Source of the DNA: a virus
Lineage: Duplodnaviria; Caudoviricetes
Direction: 5' to 3' (one strand)
Virus record (IMG/VR): IMGVR_UViG_3300046779_001009
Coordinates: 1-25,889 of that record
DNA: 25,889 nucleotides
Below are positions 8,394 to 18,101 of the stretch, one piece after another (position 1 is the stretch's first letter; every line of letters starts with the position of its first letter). The notes under the pieces were generated by a model, which saw only the letters and a list, made by a program, of their open reading frames with translations, was not told where the DNA came from and did no database searches. A program made the translations under genes and the position numbers.

Positions 8394-9858
8394 ATCAGTA
8401 GAGTCTGAAAAAACAGAGGAGTATCCAATAGAGTACCAGGTGTTTGCCTTGTCTATGCGAACACCTGGGGCAGTTGCATTCTTTGACTCAAACCTTCCTG
8501 AATCTATTGTTGGTTCAATACATGGCCAAACTGGAATCAATGAATTTTATAGGGCTTTAATATCTTATTATCATACTACTAAACTAGAAACTGTAGACCC
8601 AGTAGCTTTTAGAATTTGGCTGGAGTCTGAGACTGACATATATTCAGCCCTTGGCGGAGTAGCTGGCGTTGACACAATGATGGACATACTTATGTCAGTT
8701 AATCTGTCTACTGCTGAATCTGTTGTAAATATTATTAAGTATAAAGCTAATAAAAGAAAGCAGCTAGATTACCTACAAGAACTGCAGATCTTACTGACTC
8801 AAAAGGGCGAAAAGACTGACAAAGATATAATGAGAATTTCTGAGATAACTTCAGAAATTAAAGATCTTGAGACAGAATTAAACTACAATCCTTTAGATAA
8901 TGTTACTACTGCTTTTGATATCTCAAAAAGAGCAGACAATTTACTAGACATACCAAACTTTCTTCCTACGCAGTATAAGTCATTAAACAGAGCTATGGGC
9001 TATACAGATGAAGGTGGATTCTTTAAGGGTGCAGTTCATGCAATCATAGCTCCATCTGGAAAAGGAAAAAGCACCTTTGCTAAATGTCTAGTCAATCACT
9101 GGGCAGATACTGGATATAAAGTTTTATTTGTTAACTTTGAGGAAGCGGTTACACACTGGGAAAGAGTCTTAATGACTCAAATAATAGGCAAGAACGTTTA
9201 CGCAGAGTCAAGAAACTGGACCGATCAACAAAAAGACGATAACTTAAAAGTCTTCAAAGATAAACTTTCGGAGTGGGGCGATAGATTTATGGTCAGACAC
9301 GATCCAGAGACTCCATATTTTGAGGACTTAGAAAGATGGCTAAGAGATATTATGGGCCATGCAGACTCAATTCCTGATGTTGTAGTCATAGACACTATTC
9401 AGTCAATGTTCACTAGGGGCGCAGGAAAGGGTAAACCTAGATGGGGAGAGTTTGAAGAGATGATGGTTCGCTTAGAGAAACTGGCTAGAGATATGAACTG
9501 CGTTTTAATCATCACCGCACAAGAAAACGCAAATAGAATGAAAGAAAGAAGAGAAGTTGTTCAGCAGTCTGATACTGGTGGCTCTTTGGCAATCCAGCAG
9601 AAGTGCGCAGTAACAATCTTTATTACAGAGAAAAAACTCATCAGTGGAGATGACTCAGAAGACGAAACAATAATGCAACTGCAAATACCAAAAAACAGAA
9701 TTACAGGTTCTACATTTGTTTATGATTCTCCATTAGTTAGATATGTAGATGAAAAGAAAACGTATGAAGAATACGAACCAATTACAAGCAGTTCATATTC
9801 TTCGCCAGAAAATCAATCTTACATAGACGAGATAGCAGAATCTATGTCTATTATTTAG
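8386..9858 (+). CDS. dnaB: DnaB-like SF4 replicative helicase
   Basis: Walker A APSGKGKST, FEE catalytic Glu, Walker B VVVIDTIQ, AQENA and KNR arginine finger. Confidence 0.88.
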   Translation: MDESVESEKTEEYPIEYQVFALSMRTPGAVAFFDSNLPESIVGSIHGQTGINEFYRALISYYHTTKLETVDPVAFRIWLESETDIYSALGGVAGVDTMMDILMSVNLSTAESVVNIIKYKANKRKQLDYLQELQILLTQKGEKTDKDIMRISEITSEIKDLETELNYNPLDNVTTAFDISKRADNLLDIPNFLPTQYKSLNRAMGYTDEGGFFKGAVHAIIAPSGKGKSTFAKCLVNHWADTGYKVLFVNFEEAVTHWERVLMTQIIGKNVYAESRNWTDQQKDDNLKVFKDKLSEWGDRFMVRHDPETPYFEDLERWLRDIMGHADSIPDVVVIDTIQSMFTRGAGKGKPRWGEFEEMMVRLEKLARDMNCVLIITAQENANRMKERREVVQQSDTGGSLAIQQKCAVTIFITEKKLISGDDSEDETIMQLQIPKNRITGSTFVYDSPLVRYVDEKKTYEEYEPITSSSYSSPENQSYIDEIAESMSII

Positions 9859-9865
9859 GAGAACT

Positions 9866-10669
9866 ATGAAAAAAATTACAGTTAAAGAAATAAAAGACTT
9901 TCAAACATGTGAAAGATTATACGATTTTAGGCATAATCAAAATCTTCCAGAAACAATTGGTGGAAGACATTTGATAACCCAAAGATTTGAAAACACAATG
10001 AAAAACGTAGTGCAGTTTTTCTTTTATAAGAAGCAGTCGGGAGTAATAGCTTCCTACTCCTCTTTGCTAAATAGATGGCAAAAGCTTTGGTACCCCAAAG
10101 ATACAACGGCATATGACATTATACATGAGCAGCACGAAAGTCTTTATGGCAATATGTCTAGCCTAACAACAAAAGCAGCAGGAGCACTACTTAATCTTGT
10201 CGAGTATTACTCTAATCCGGAAATTATTCCAATGGGAATAGACAATAGTTTTATAGTTCCTATTAACAAATCTTTGTATATAGAAGATTCTTTTGATTTA
10301 ATATATAGCTTAAATAAAAACATTCACGTTGTTAAATGGGTCTTTAATTACAAACTAAAAAATGAATTTATGCACGTTGCCGACTTTGCCGTAATGTATA
10401 AGGGTTTTGAACATTCTTATGGGCAAAAAGTAAACAACGCCAAGTTTGGGTATTATGATCTTATTCATCCAAAACCAGAGTTTACAGAATATGATATCAA
10501 TAGTGAAGATATAGATGCTCTAAAATATTGGAGCAATTCTATAGAAGAAGAAAAGATATTCCCCTCAAGAAGAGGGGTTACAACATACTGTAAACAGTGC
10601 CCATATGATAAGCCCTGTGCTAAATGGGATAAATGGTTCAAAAAAGAAATGAGTAATAATGAAAGATGA
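9866..10669 (+). CDS. RecB/Cas4-like Fe-S protein with a degenerate nuclease motif
   Basis: N-terminal DFQTCxxxY and C-terminal CKQCPYDKPC (four Cys); the expected D/E-x-K motif appears replaced (FDLI...HVVKW). Confidence 0.65.
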   Translation: MKKITVKEIKDFQTCERLYDFRHNQNLPETIGGRHLITQRFENTMKNVVQFFFYKKQSGVIASYSSLLNRWQKLWYPKDTTAYDIIHEQHESLYGNMSSLTTKAAGALLNLVEYYSNPEIIPMGIDNSFIVPINKSLYIEDSFDLIYSLNKNIHVVKWVFNYKLKNEFMHVADFAVMYKGFEHSYGQKVNNAKFGYYDLIHPKPEFTEYDINSEDIDALKYWSNSIEEEKIFPSRRGVTTYCKQCPYDKPCAKWDKWFKKEMSNNER

Positions 10670-11324
10670 TATTTTAGACGAAATTCTTTCTACAAAGAAA
10701 GAAATATCTTTTCTTAAAGAAGAAGATAAGATATTGCAGCCTTTGTTAAAAGAGATAAATTTAATTAAAGATGAGTCAATAAAATCTTTTGTTAGATCTA
10801 TTCTGTTAAGAGCTAATTCTTTTTGGAAAATACCATCTAGCTTCTCTAAGAAATACCATCCAATAGATGAACATAATGAAGGCGGAAACGTAATACATAC
10901 AAGAAGAGTCGTGCGAGCAGCAAACATTATGTGTGACTCGCACAGTCTTCCTGACGAAGATAGAGATATAGTATTGGCTGCTTGCCTTCTACATGACTTA
11001 ACAAAGGGGATGGATGTAGATAAGGATATGTTTCAGTACGATCCAATGCATCCCTACACTGTCGGAATCTTTGTTAAAAGATGTCAAGATCATGATAAAA
11101 ACTACGCCTCAGAAAATCAATCATCAACAATATATTTGTCTGAAGATATCGTACAGTCTATCCTAAGATTGGTAAGATGCCACCTTGGTCCATGGTCTCC
11201 AGTGCCAGAAACAAATCCAATAACATATCTTGACATGATTGTTCACCTAGCGGATAATATAGCATCTAAAGTTCACTATGTCGTTGACGGAGATGATGTT
11301 ATAAAAGAAAGATGGATGTTTTAA
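10659..11324 (+). CDS. HD-domain phosphohydrolase
   Basis: YH...GGNVIHT, LLHDL, CHLG and VHLAD motifs. Confidence 0.85.
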   Translation: MKDDILDEILSTKKEISFLKEEDKILQPLLKEINLIKDESIKSFVRSILLRANSFWKIPSSFSKKYHPIDEHNEGGNVIHTRRVVRAANIMCDSHSLPDEDRDIVLAACLLHDLTKGMDVDKDMFQYDPMHPYTVGIFVKRCQDHDKNYASENQSSTIYLSEDIVQSILRLVRCHLGPWSPVPETNPITYLDMIVHLADNIASKVHYVVDGDDVIKERWMF

Positions 11325-11325
11325 T

Positions 11326-11502
11326 TTGGAAATAGAGAATAGATTAGAAAGAAGATTTCTAGTACTACAAAAATTAGACTATTACATTACTGAATCAGTT
11401 TATTATAGAACGCACAAGGAAGATGTTGATTTGTCTAACCCAATTCGATTATGGACCTATGATCAAGAAGATGGTATTATAGATCTCTATGAAAATATCT
11501 GA
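11326..11502 (+). CDS. Hypothetical small protein (58 aa)
   Basis: Hand translation from TTG: MEIENRLERRFLVLQKLDYYITESVYYRTHKEDVDLSNPIRLWTYDQEDGIIDLYENI*; fills the gap between the HD and primase genes. Confidence 0.55.
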   Translation: MEIENRLERRFLVLQKLDYYITESVYYRTHKEDVDLSNPIRLWTYDQEDGIIDLYENI

Positions 11503-12706
11503 AGATAATAAATACATATCTCAATGGAGATATTATGAAGTTGCTAGGTACGTGCCAGCTCTGTCTAGGGTGATAAGGGACAAGGCAAATGGAAACCCAA
11601 TGCTACTGAGCGTAGATGAGATTTCTGAGTACAGTTTAAAAAACTCTGATACAGGAATATATACATCAGTTTTTGCATATAAAAGTAAGAATATATCTGA
11701 GTCAGAAAAATTAGGACCACTTTACTTTGACTTAGACAGCTCTGATATGTCAATAGCAAAAGAAGATATGCTTAAGCTGTATAACCATTTAGTATCCTAC
11801 TTGCCAAGTAATTCTGTCTTAGTTTACTTTACTGGTAAAAAGGGTTTTCATATAGAATGTGAACCACTTTCTTTAGGAATAGGACCATCTAAAGACCTGC
11901 CAAAGATATATAGATATATAGCAAATGATTTAAAGTCTAAATTAGATCTTACAACTCTGGATTTTAGCGTCTACGATGGAAGACGAATGTGGAGACTAGC
12001 TGGTTCAAAACATCAAGATACTAATCTATATAAAACTCTTCTTAATCCAGCTAACCAAAAAAGTCTTATAGAAGAAGATATTGAAACAATAAAAGAATAT
12101 GCGACAGCTAAGCAATCTCTAGAGGTATCTGAACAGTCTTTTAACTATAAGGCTAATGAATGGTATAGACAATACACATATGACATGGAAGAGTCTGAAA
12201 AGAAAAAAGACAACCCATTAGAATACTTCAATAAATATGGATCAAAAGCTTTTAAAGAAGTCTCTAATACTCATAAATCTTTTAATAGGCAAAAGCTATT
12301 AAATAGCTGTTCTGCGGTTAAGAGACTAGAGGCGCAAGCTGAGTCTACTGGTTTCCTAGAGCATGAAGCTAGATTATTTTTGTGTTCAATTTTAACTTAC
12401 ACAGAAGATTCTATAAAATATCTTCACGAAATACTGAGCAAGTGCCATGACTATAACTTTGAAAAATCTTCTGCTCACATAAATGATTGGATTAAAAGAA
12501 GACAAATGGGTGTAGGCGGTAGACCATATACCTGCGAAAGAGCAAACTCAGTTGGAGTTGGGTGTGGATCTTGTCAGCTAGACAAAAAGAATAAATGGGT
12601 TCAGGTAGGTAATAGATATGTTGAAACTCAAGAAAAAATTTCTCCATCACCTATTAGGTTTGCCTATGATACAATAAATGAAAAGGAACAAAAAAATGGA
12701 AAATGA
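11489..12706 (+). CDS. Archaeo-eukaryotic primase (prim-pol) fused to a PriL-C-like Cys-rich domain
   Basis: AEP motifs LYFDLD, TGKKGFH and RMWRLAGSKH; C-terminal C..HEARL..RPYTCE...GCGSC. Confidence 0.8.
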   Translation: MKISEDNKYISQWRYYEVARYVPALSRVIRDKANGNPMLLSVDEISEYSLKNSDTGIYTSVFAYKSKNISESEKLGPLYFDLDSSDMSIAKEDMLKLYNHLVSYLPSNSVLVYFTGKKGFHIECEPLSLGIGPSKDLPKIYRYIANDLKSKLDLTTLDFSVYDGRRMWRLAGSKHQDTNLYKTLLNPANQKSLIEEDIETIKEYATAKQSLEVSEQSFNYKANEWYRQYTYDMEESEKKKDNPLEYFNKYGSKAFKEVSNTHKSFNRQKLLNSCSAVKRLEAQAESTGFLEHEARLFLCSILTYTEDSIKYLHEILSKCHDYNFEKSSAHINDWIKRRQMGVGGRPYTCERANSVGVGCGSCQLDKKNKWVQVGNRYVETQEKISPSPIRFAYDTINEKEQKNGK

Positions 12707-12896
12707 AGATGATGTAATTGGCGTTTGTTCTGAGTGTAAATCGGATCAACCAATGCAATACATGTATGATAGCAAGTTTGCACAAAACGGAACCCCACCC
12801 GTATGCAAATATTGTGGGGGAGTTGTCATAATAACCTATAGGGAAACCAGAGATAGATCACTAAGACAGTCTGACAGAGACAGAGGGATTAGTTGA
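12696..12896 (+). CDS. Small zinc-ribbon protein
   Basis: CSEC...CKYC; ATG 12696 after AAGGA. Confidence 0.7.
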   Translation: MENEDDVIGVCSECKSDQPMQYMYDSKFAQNGTPPVCKYCGGVVIITYRETRDRSLRQSDRDRGIS

Positions 12897-15800
12897 AAAA
12901 CTGGACAAATCTTCATAACCATACTGTCTATTCAATGTTGGACGGACATGGTGATGTTTATAAGTATTTAGATAGAGCAAGCAAGCTGGGAATGTCAGGG
13001 CTTGCAACTACAGACCATGGAAATATACATTCTTGGCTTGATTTTTATGACGCTGGCAAAGCTGCTGGAGTAAAACCAATATTAGGTTCTGAGTTTTACC
13101 AGGCAAGAAAAACAAGATTTGACAGAGATGAAGAAGAAAGATCTGGCCCAGCAAAAAATGAATGGGAACAAAGAGGTCCTTATCATATAACTATTCTCGC
13201 AAAGAATAATATTGGATATCACAATATAATTAAGATGTCCTCTAAATCATTTTTGCAAGGATACTATGGAAAGCCAAGAATTGATCATGGTTTAATTGAA
13301 GAGCACTCTGAGGGGATAATTGTTTTATCAGGATGTCTAAACGGAGAAGTGGCACAGGCACTCCTTAGAAATGATTATGATTTTGCCTTAATGTCTGCAA
13401 AGAAAATGCAAGACATAGTTCGGAAAAGAAAACTATTTTATAGAAATACAAGACCATGGTCTTTCTGAACAAAGAAAAATATCTGAGCAACTAATTGAAA
13501 TAGCAAATAAAATTGGAGCTAGAATAGTTCCAACTGGCGACTGCCATTATGTAGAGAGAGCAGATGCTAAGGCCCATGACATAATGTTGTGTGTAGCTAC
13601 TAACTCTAATGTAAATACTCCTGAAAGATTTTCTTTTTCTGGCGATGAATTTTATCTTCAGTCTTATGAAGATATGAATAAAACATTCCCAGAAGAGTGG
13701 TTAGCTAACACGATGATTGTCAATGATATGGTTGACATTGACTTGTCTTTCGGTCAAATACATTTTCCTAACTTTCCAATTCCAACTAATGAGGATTCAA
13801 TAGATTATTTTGAAAGACTGGCTTGGGATGGTCTTAAGAAAAAGTATGGAGATCCACTTCCTGAAAATATATTAGACAGAGCAAAGCACGAATTAAGAGT
13901 AGTAAAGGAAATGGGTTTTCCAGAGTACTTCTTGGTCGTTTCAGATCTTGTTAGATGGGCAAAGAGTAACGACATTAGAGTTGGTTGGGGTAGAGGTTCT
14001 GCTGCTGGCAGCGTCCTGTCTTATGCGTTTGACATAACCAATCTTGATCCAATTAGATTTGGCCTCATGTTTGAAAGATTTTTGGTTGAAGGTAGAAAGT
14101 CAATGCCGGATATTGACTTAGACTTTGACGACCGTCATAGAGATAAAGTTATCGAGTATGCAAGACAGAAGTATGGAAGTGACAGAGTCGCTCATATTTG
14201 TACATTCAATAGAACAGGCGCTAGGCAGTCGATCAGAGACGCCGCAAGAGCTTTAGGTTATGATTTTATTTCTGGAGATAAGGTAGCTAAATTAGTTCCT
14301 CCCCCAGTTCTTGGTGTGTCAAAAACACTATCAGAATGCATGCAAGTTTCCGACTTTGTAAAGTTATATGAAACAGACTCTGATAGCAAAACTATTATTG
14401 ATACAGCCTTTGGCTTAGAGGGACTTGTTAGGCAGACTGGAATGCACGCAGCTGGGATAGTTATATCTAAGGGGCCATTAGTAGACTATCTTCCTATTAT
14501 GAGAAAAGGCGAAGACAACCCTGTTATCACTCAATGGGATATGGGTCGAGTTGAGCAGTGCGGGCTATTAAAGATTGACTTCCTAGGATTGCGTAACCTT
14601 GGCGTTATAGATAAGTGTGTTAAGTTAGTCAAGAAGCATCGTGGAATAGAACTCGATATTGACAAGATACCATTAGATGATAAGCCAACATATAACGAAC
14701 TATGTAAAGGTAATGCGATAGGGGTATTTCAGCTTGAGTCATCTGGAATGAGGGAACTCATGGTTCAACTTCAGCCTCAGAATATTGAAGATATCATGGC
14801 ACTCATATCTCTTTATAGACCAGGTCCAATGGGATCTGGAATGGATAAACTTTATATCGACAGAAAACATGGAAGATCAAGAATTGAATATGATCATCCC
14901 AACTTAGAAAAAGTTCTTGGTCCGTCGCTTGGCATTATGTTATACCAGGAAGATGTTTTGGGCGTCTCTAGGGAGCTAGCTGGATTCAGTTCAGCAGAAG
15001 CTGACGATCTAAGAAAAGTAATAGGCAAAAAGCTTATGGACAAAATAGCCTTGTTCAGAGAAAAGTTTGTTGATGGATGCATGAAGACGTCTGGCCTATC
15101 TTCTGACAAAGCAAACAAAATATATTCAGACATTGAATACTTTGGTGGATATGGATTCAACAGAGCTCATGCTGCAAGCTATGCAATGATATCTTATATT
15201 ACTGCTTATCTTAAGACTAATTATAGATCAGAGTATATGGCAGCACTTCTTACGTCCGTAGCAGGAAACAAAGAGAAGCTATCGCTTTACCTCTCAGACT
15301 GCAGAAAAGTGGGAATAGAAGTTTTACCACCTTCAATAAATAGTTCTCAAGAAGACTTTGCCGTAATCAATAACTCTAAGATCATATTTGGTTTATCAGC
15401 CATAAATGGCATAGGCTACGCTGTATCCGATGCCATTCTGACAGATAGAAATGAAAATCAACCCTACCAGTCAATGCACGACTTTTTAAGAAGAACAAAC
15501 ATAGCAGTATTAAAGAAGAGTACAATGGAGCACTTAGCAGCTTCTGGTGCTTTTGACGAGCTAATTAAAGAAGATATAGATGATTCCTTTGGAAGAAGAA
15601 CAGAACTAAGTTTATTAGAAAAAGAAAAAGAAGAACTTGGAGTATACATATCTAAAAATCCTGTAGATGGAATATGGGATATTATATCTAGTTCTATATC
15701 TGATGAAATAGTTGATATTAAAGATAAAGAAGTTGGTAATAGGGTCACTATTGCTGGCATTATTTCTTCTACAAAAAAGATTCTAACCAAAAAAGGTATG

Positions 15801-16220
15801 AGAATGTATAAGTTTAATATAGAAGATATATCTTCTGATATTGAAGTTATAGTATTCCCAAGAGAGTCTAAGAATTACTCTGAAGACTTTTTCGTAGATG
15901 GAGAAGTAGTTCTTCTTAGCGGAACAATTTCTAGAGATGGGGATGAAGAAAACTACACAACAAAACTTATTTTAAATTCTTGTGATAAATTTGATCTAAG
16001 TAAATTTTCTGGCGGTAAGCCTATATATTTAAAAGCAAATTCAAATATATCTAAAGAAAATATGATAAAAATAAATGATATAATTAACAGAAACAATGGT
16101 GGGTCTTATGTCTTCTTACAGGTTGACGAAGGTCCACAAAGAATAAATTTAAGATTTAATAAATCTACATCATTATCAGTCAAAGAAGAACTAGAACAAA
16201 TACTAAAGGAATCACAATGA
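12893..16220 (+). CDS. dnaE: DNA polymerase III alpha subunit (DnaE), about 1108 aa, interrupted by a +1 frame change at CGGA 13421-13424
   Basis: PHP motifs LHNH, TDHG, GSE and SGC lie in the first frame. Skipping one base at 13421 gives DIV-G-KENYFIEIQDHG...TGDCHY...HDIMLC, open into the 13584 ORF, which has GRGSAAGS, PDIDLD, KIDFLGL, YGFNRAH and an OB fold. Confidence 0.93.
13421..13424 (+). other. +1 frame-change site CGGA in dnaE
   Basis: gac ata gtt CGG A aa: the zero frame stops at 13468; the +1 frame continues as conserved DnaE sequence. Confidence 0.9.
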
Positions 16221-16585
16221 GTGCAAAAGGATCATATAAAAACCCAACAGAAAACCCATGTTGGATATTCTGTTCGTCTTGCAACAGATGTCAAGACAAA
16301 GGAAGATACAGTAAGTGTAAGTCATGTTCTGGAAGATATGACCCAGAAGGCAAGATTGATCCACATCCAGATGATTTTTGCGACTGCAAAAATGGAGTTT
16401 TAAGATGGAGAACCCAAGAAGGAAGACTGGTTATGACTAGGTTTAAATCTAATCCTTTTAAGGGAACAGTTAAATATGAAAAGAAATCAGAGGATGAAAG
16501 AGACTGGGACTCTTATGTAAAAGACATGAGAGAGAAACTTAATGATCCCAACTGGAATCCAATTACAATAGTAGACGAGGATTAA
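16217..16585 (+). CDS. Cys-rich hypothetical protein (possible zinc binding)
   Basis: CSSCNRC...CKSC...CDC; ATGA overlap with dnaE. Confidence 0.7.
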   Translation: MSAKGSYKNPTENPCWIFCSSCNRCQDKGRYSKCKSCSGRYDPEGKIDPHPDDFCDCKNGVLRWRTQEGRLVMTRFKSNPFKGTVKYEKKSEDERDWDSYVKDMREKLNDPNWNPITIVDED

Positions 16586-16586
16586 A

Positions 16587-16817
16587 ATGATAAAAGATGA
16601 AGCAGGACGTGTAGTCCTAAATGATATAACACTTATCGAATATGATCAAGATCAGGACATTAGGGGTAGATATTTTATCCAAACTGGAATAGTTGGCGTC
16701 TATTGTAGCGAGCAAGAGTTAAGGGACTTGTACACAGTTCTTAATTACTATTGCAATATCGAGCAATTTGCACAGTGTAATATTAAAATAGGAGATGAAA
16801 ATGTGGCCATACGTTGA
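16587..16817 (+). CDS. Hypothetical protein
   Basis: 76 aa ORF with GAGGA RBS. Confidence 0.65.
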   Translation: MIKDEAGRVVLNDITLIEYDQDQDIRGRYFIQTGIVGVYCSEQELRDLYTVLNYYCNIEQFAQCNIKIGDENVAIR

Positions 16818-16971
16818 GGATGATCATATGGAAATAGGCCAAAGTGGCTGGGTTTCAATAGGAGAAGGCATATACAGGAATAAGTATACAGGCCATATTA
16901 TAGACGAGTCTGGAACAGAATATGACAAAGATGGAAACATAATCTCTTCCTTTGAGGAAGAGGATAAATGA
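16801..16971 (+). CDS. Hypothetical small acidic protein (56 aa)
   Basis: Hand translation MWPYVEDDHMEIGQSGWVSIGEGIYRNKYTGHIIDESGTEYDKDGNIISSFEEEDK*; AGGAG RBS; ATGA overlap with the next gene. Confidence 0.7.
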   Translation: MWPYVEDDHMEIGQSGWVSIGEGIYRNKYTGHIIDESGTEYDKDGNIISSFEEEDK

Positions 16972-17772
16972 GTTATTTGTCAGTAAAAAATATAGACGAT
17001 CTATCTGACTTTGAAAAGTTATCTTTAACAGAATTTAGTTACTCTCGTATAGACACTTACGAGATGTGTCCATCTAAATACTTTTTTTCTTACATTAAAA
17101 GAGAGCCAAGGCAATTTGGTGAGGCAGCTGTTCTTGGAAACATAGTCCATGCCGTACTTGAAGATGTAGTATCTGATACTAAAGTCTTATCATTTGATGA
17201 AATGAAAGTAAAGTACGAAGAGCACAAAAACGCCTTAGATCCTCAGTCTCAGATATCTAACTCTTTAATCTCAGTCGGACATGAAATTATAGAAGAGTTC
17301 TATGACTCAAACGAAGGAAAGTTATTTGATGTATTTGACAAAGAAATGGGATTTAAGTTTGTCATAGGAAATTATCTAATAATCGGTTTCATAGATAGAG
17401 TTGATGTAATTGGTGACTCTGTTAACATAGTCGATTATAAGACAGGTAAAAGAGAAGTTGCAGCTAAAGATGTTCACAGCAACCTTCAGCTTGGCATATA
17501 TGCCCTAGCAGCTTCTCACTTCTTTCCAGGTAAAGAGATCACGGCATCGTTGCACTACTTGAGGACTAATAGACTGAAGTCTCACACGTACTCGCAAGAA
17601 GATCTAGAGACAATTAAGTTGAATTTAATAAAAAGAATAAACGTAATTATGAACGATCAAAATTTTCTTCCAACAAAGAATGAAAGATTCTGTTCTTTTT
17701 GTGATCACGCTAAGAGTGGAGCCTGTCGGAATAGGCGCTGTAAGACTAAAAAAATTTAATAAAGATATATAA
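16968..17772 (+). CDS. RecB/Cas4-like PD-(D/E)XK exonuclease (ends at 17759 in the zero frame, or 17772 if CGGA 17727 is recoded)
   Basis: SYSRIDTYEMCP, GNIVH, GFIDRVD, IVDYKTG, QLGIYA and CSFC...C motifs. Confidence 0.88.
17727..17730 (+). other. Probable +1 frame-change site CGGA near the 3' end of the RecB-like gene
   Basis: gcc tgt CGG A ata: the zero frame gives RNRRCKTKKI*, the +1 frame gives GIGAVRLKKFNKDI* ending at the terminator. Both tails are short, so this is the weakest site. Confidence 0.55.
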
Positions 17773-17810
17773 AAAAATCCCCCCTCTCCAAAAGGAAAGG
17801 GGGGATTTTT
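17773..17810. terminator. Bidirectional intrinsic terminator
   Basis: AAAAATCCCCCCTCTCC-aaaa-GGAAAGGGGGGATTTTT between convergent genes, with A and T tracts on the flanks. Confidence 0.85.
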
Positions 17811-17822
17811 AAATATGGTCTA

Positions 17823-18005
17823 TTAGAACTCTAGTTCCAACAGCTCAACAGGGTTTTCCTCAACCGACTGAATGAGATCGAAATCGCTCTCAATGACTGT
17901 CTTTACAGCGTCGCTGTGGTTGATACCAAGATTAACGAGAGCGTCAATTGCGTCCTCGTTGATTTGCTGGTGCATGCTGTTGATGATGGTAGTAATGGTG
18001 TTCAT
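17823..18005 (-). CDS. Hypothetical small acidic protein; the only credible minus-strand gene
   Basis: 60 aa ORF with GAAAGGCGG upstream of ATG on the minus strand, occupying an otherwise empty gap and ending near the bidirectional terminator. Confidence 0.75.
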   Translation of the reverse strand: MNTITTIINSMHQQINEDAIDALVNLGINHSDAVKTVIESDFDLIQSVEENPVELLELEF

Positions 18006-18037
18006 TGTTGTCTTTCCGCCTTTCGGCTAATTTTAGT

Positions 18038-18066
18038 TTGTTTTTTGTTGAAATATAAACTATAAT
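18038..18066 (+). promoter_or_regulatory. Candidate sigma70-type promoter in the divergent intergenic region
   Basis: TTGTTT (18038-43), 17 bp spacer, TATAAT (18061-66), upstream of ATG 18102. Confidence 0.45.
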
Positions 18067-18101
18067 ATAGTTGTTGTTATTGACACGTAAAGGATACCAG
18101 T

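Noticed and set aside
13469-13583. Gap between the two dnaE ORFs as an intron or split-intein junction
   Set aside because: The gap encodes ordinary PHP sequence in the +1 frame; no intein terminal motifs or extra sequence are present.
16221-16403. Alternative-frame + strand ORF inside the Cys-rich gene
   Set aside because: Fully nested in a better-supported, translationally coupled ORF.
9866-17772. Cas4-like proteins as part of a CRISPR-Cas system
   Set aside because: No cas1/cas2 or array; standalone RecB/Cas4-like nucleases are common in phage replication modules.
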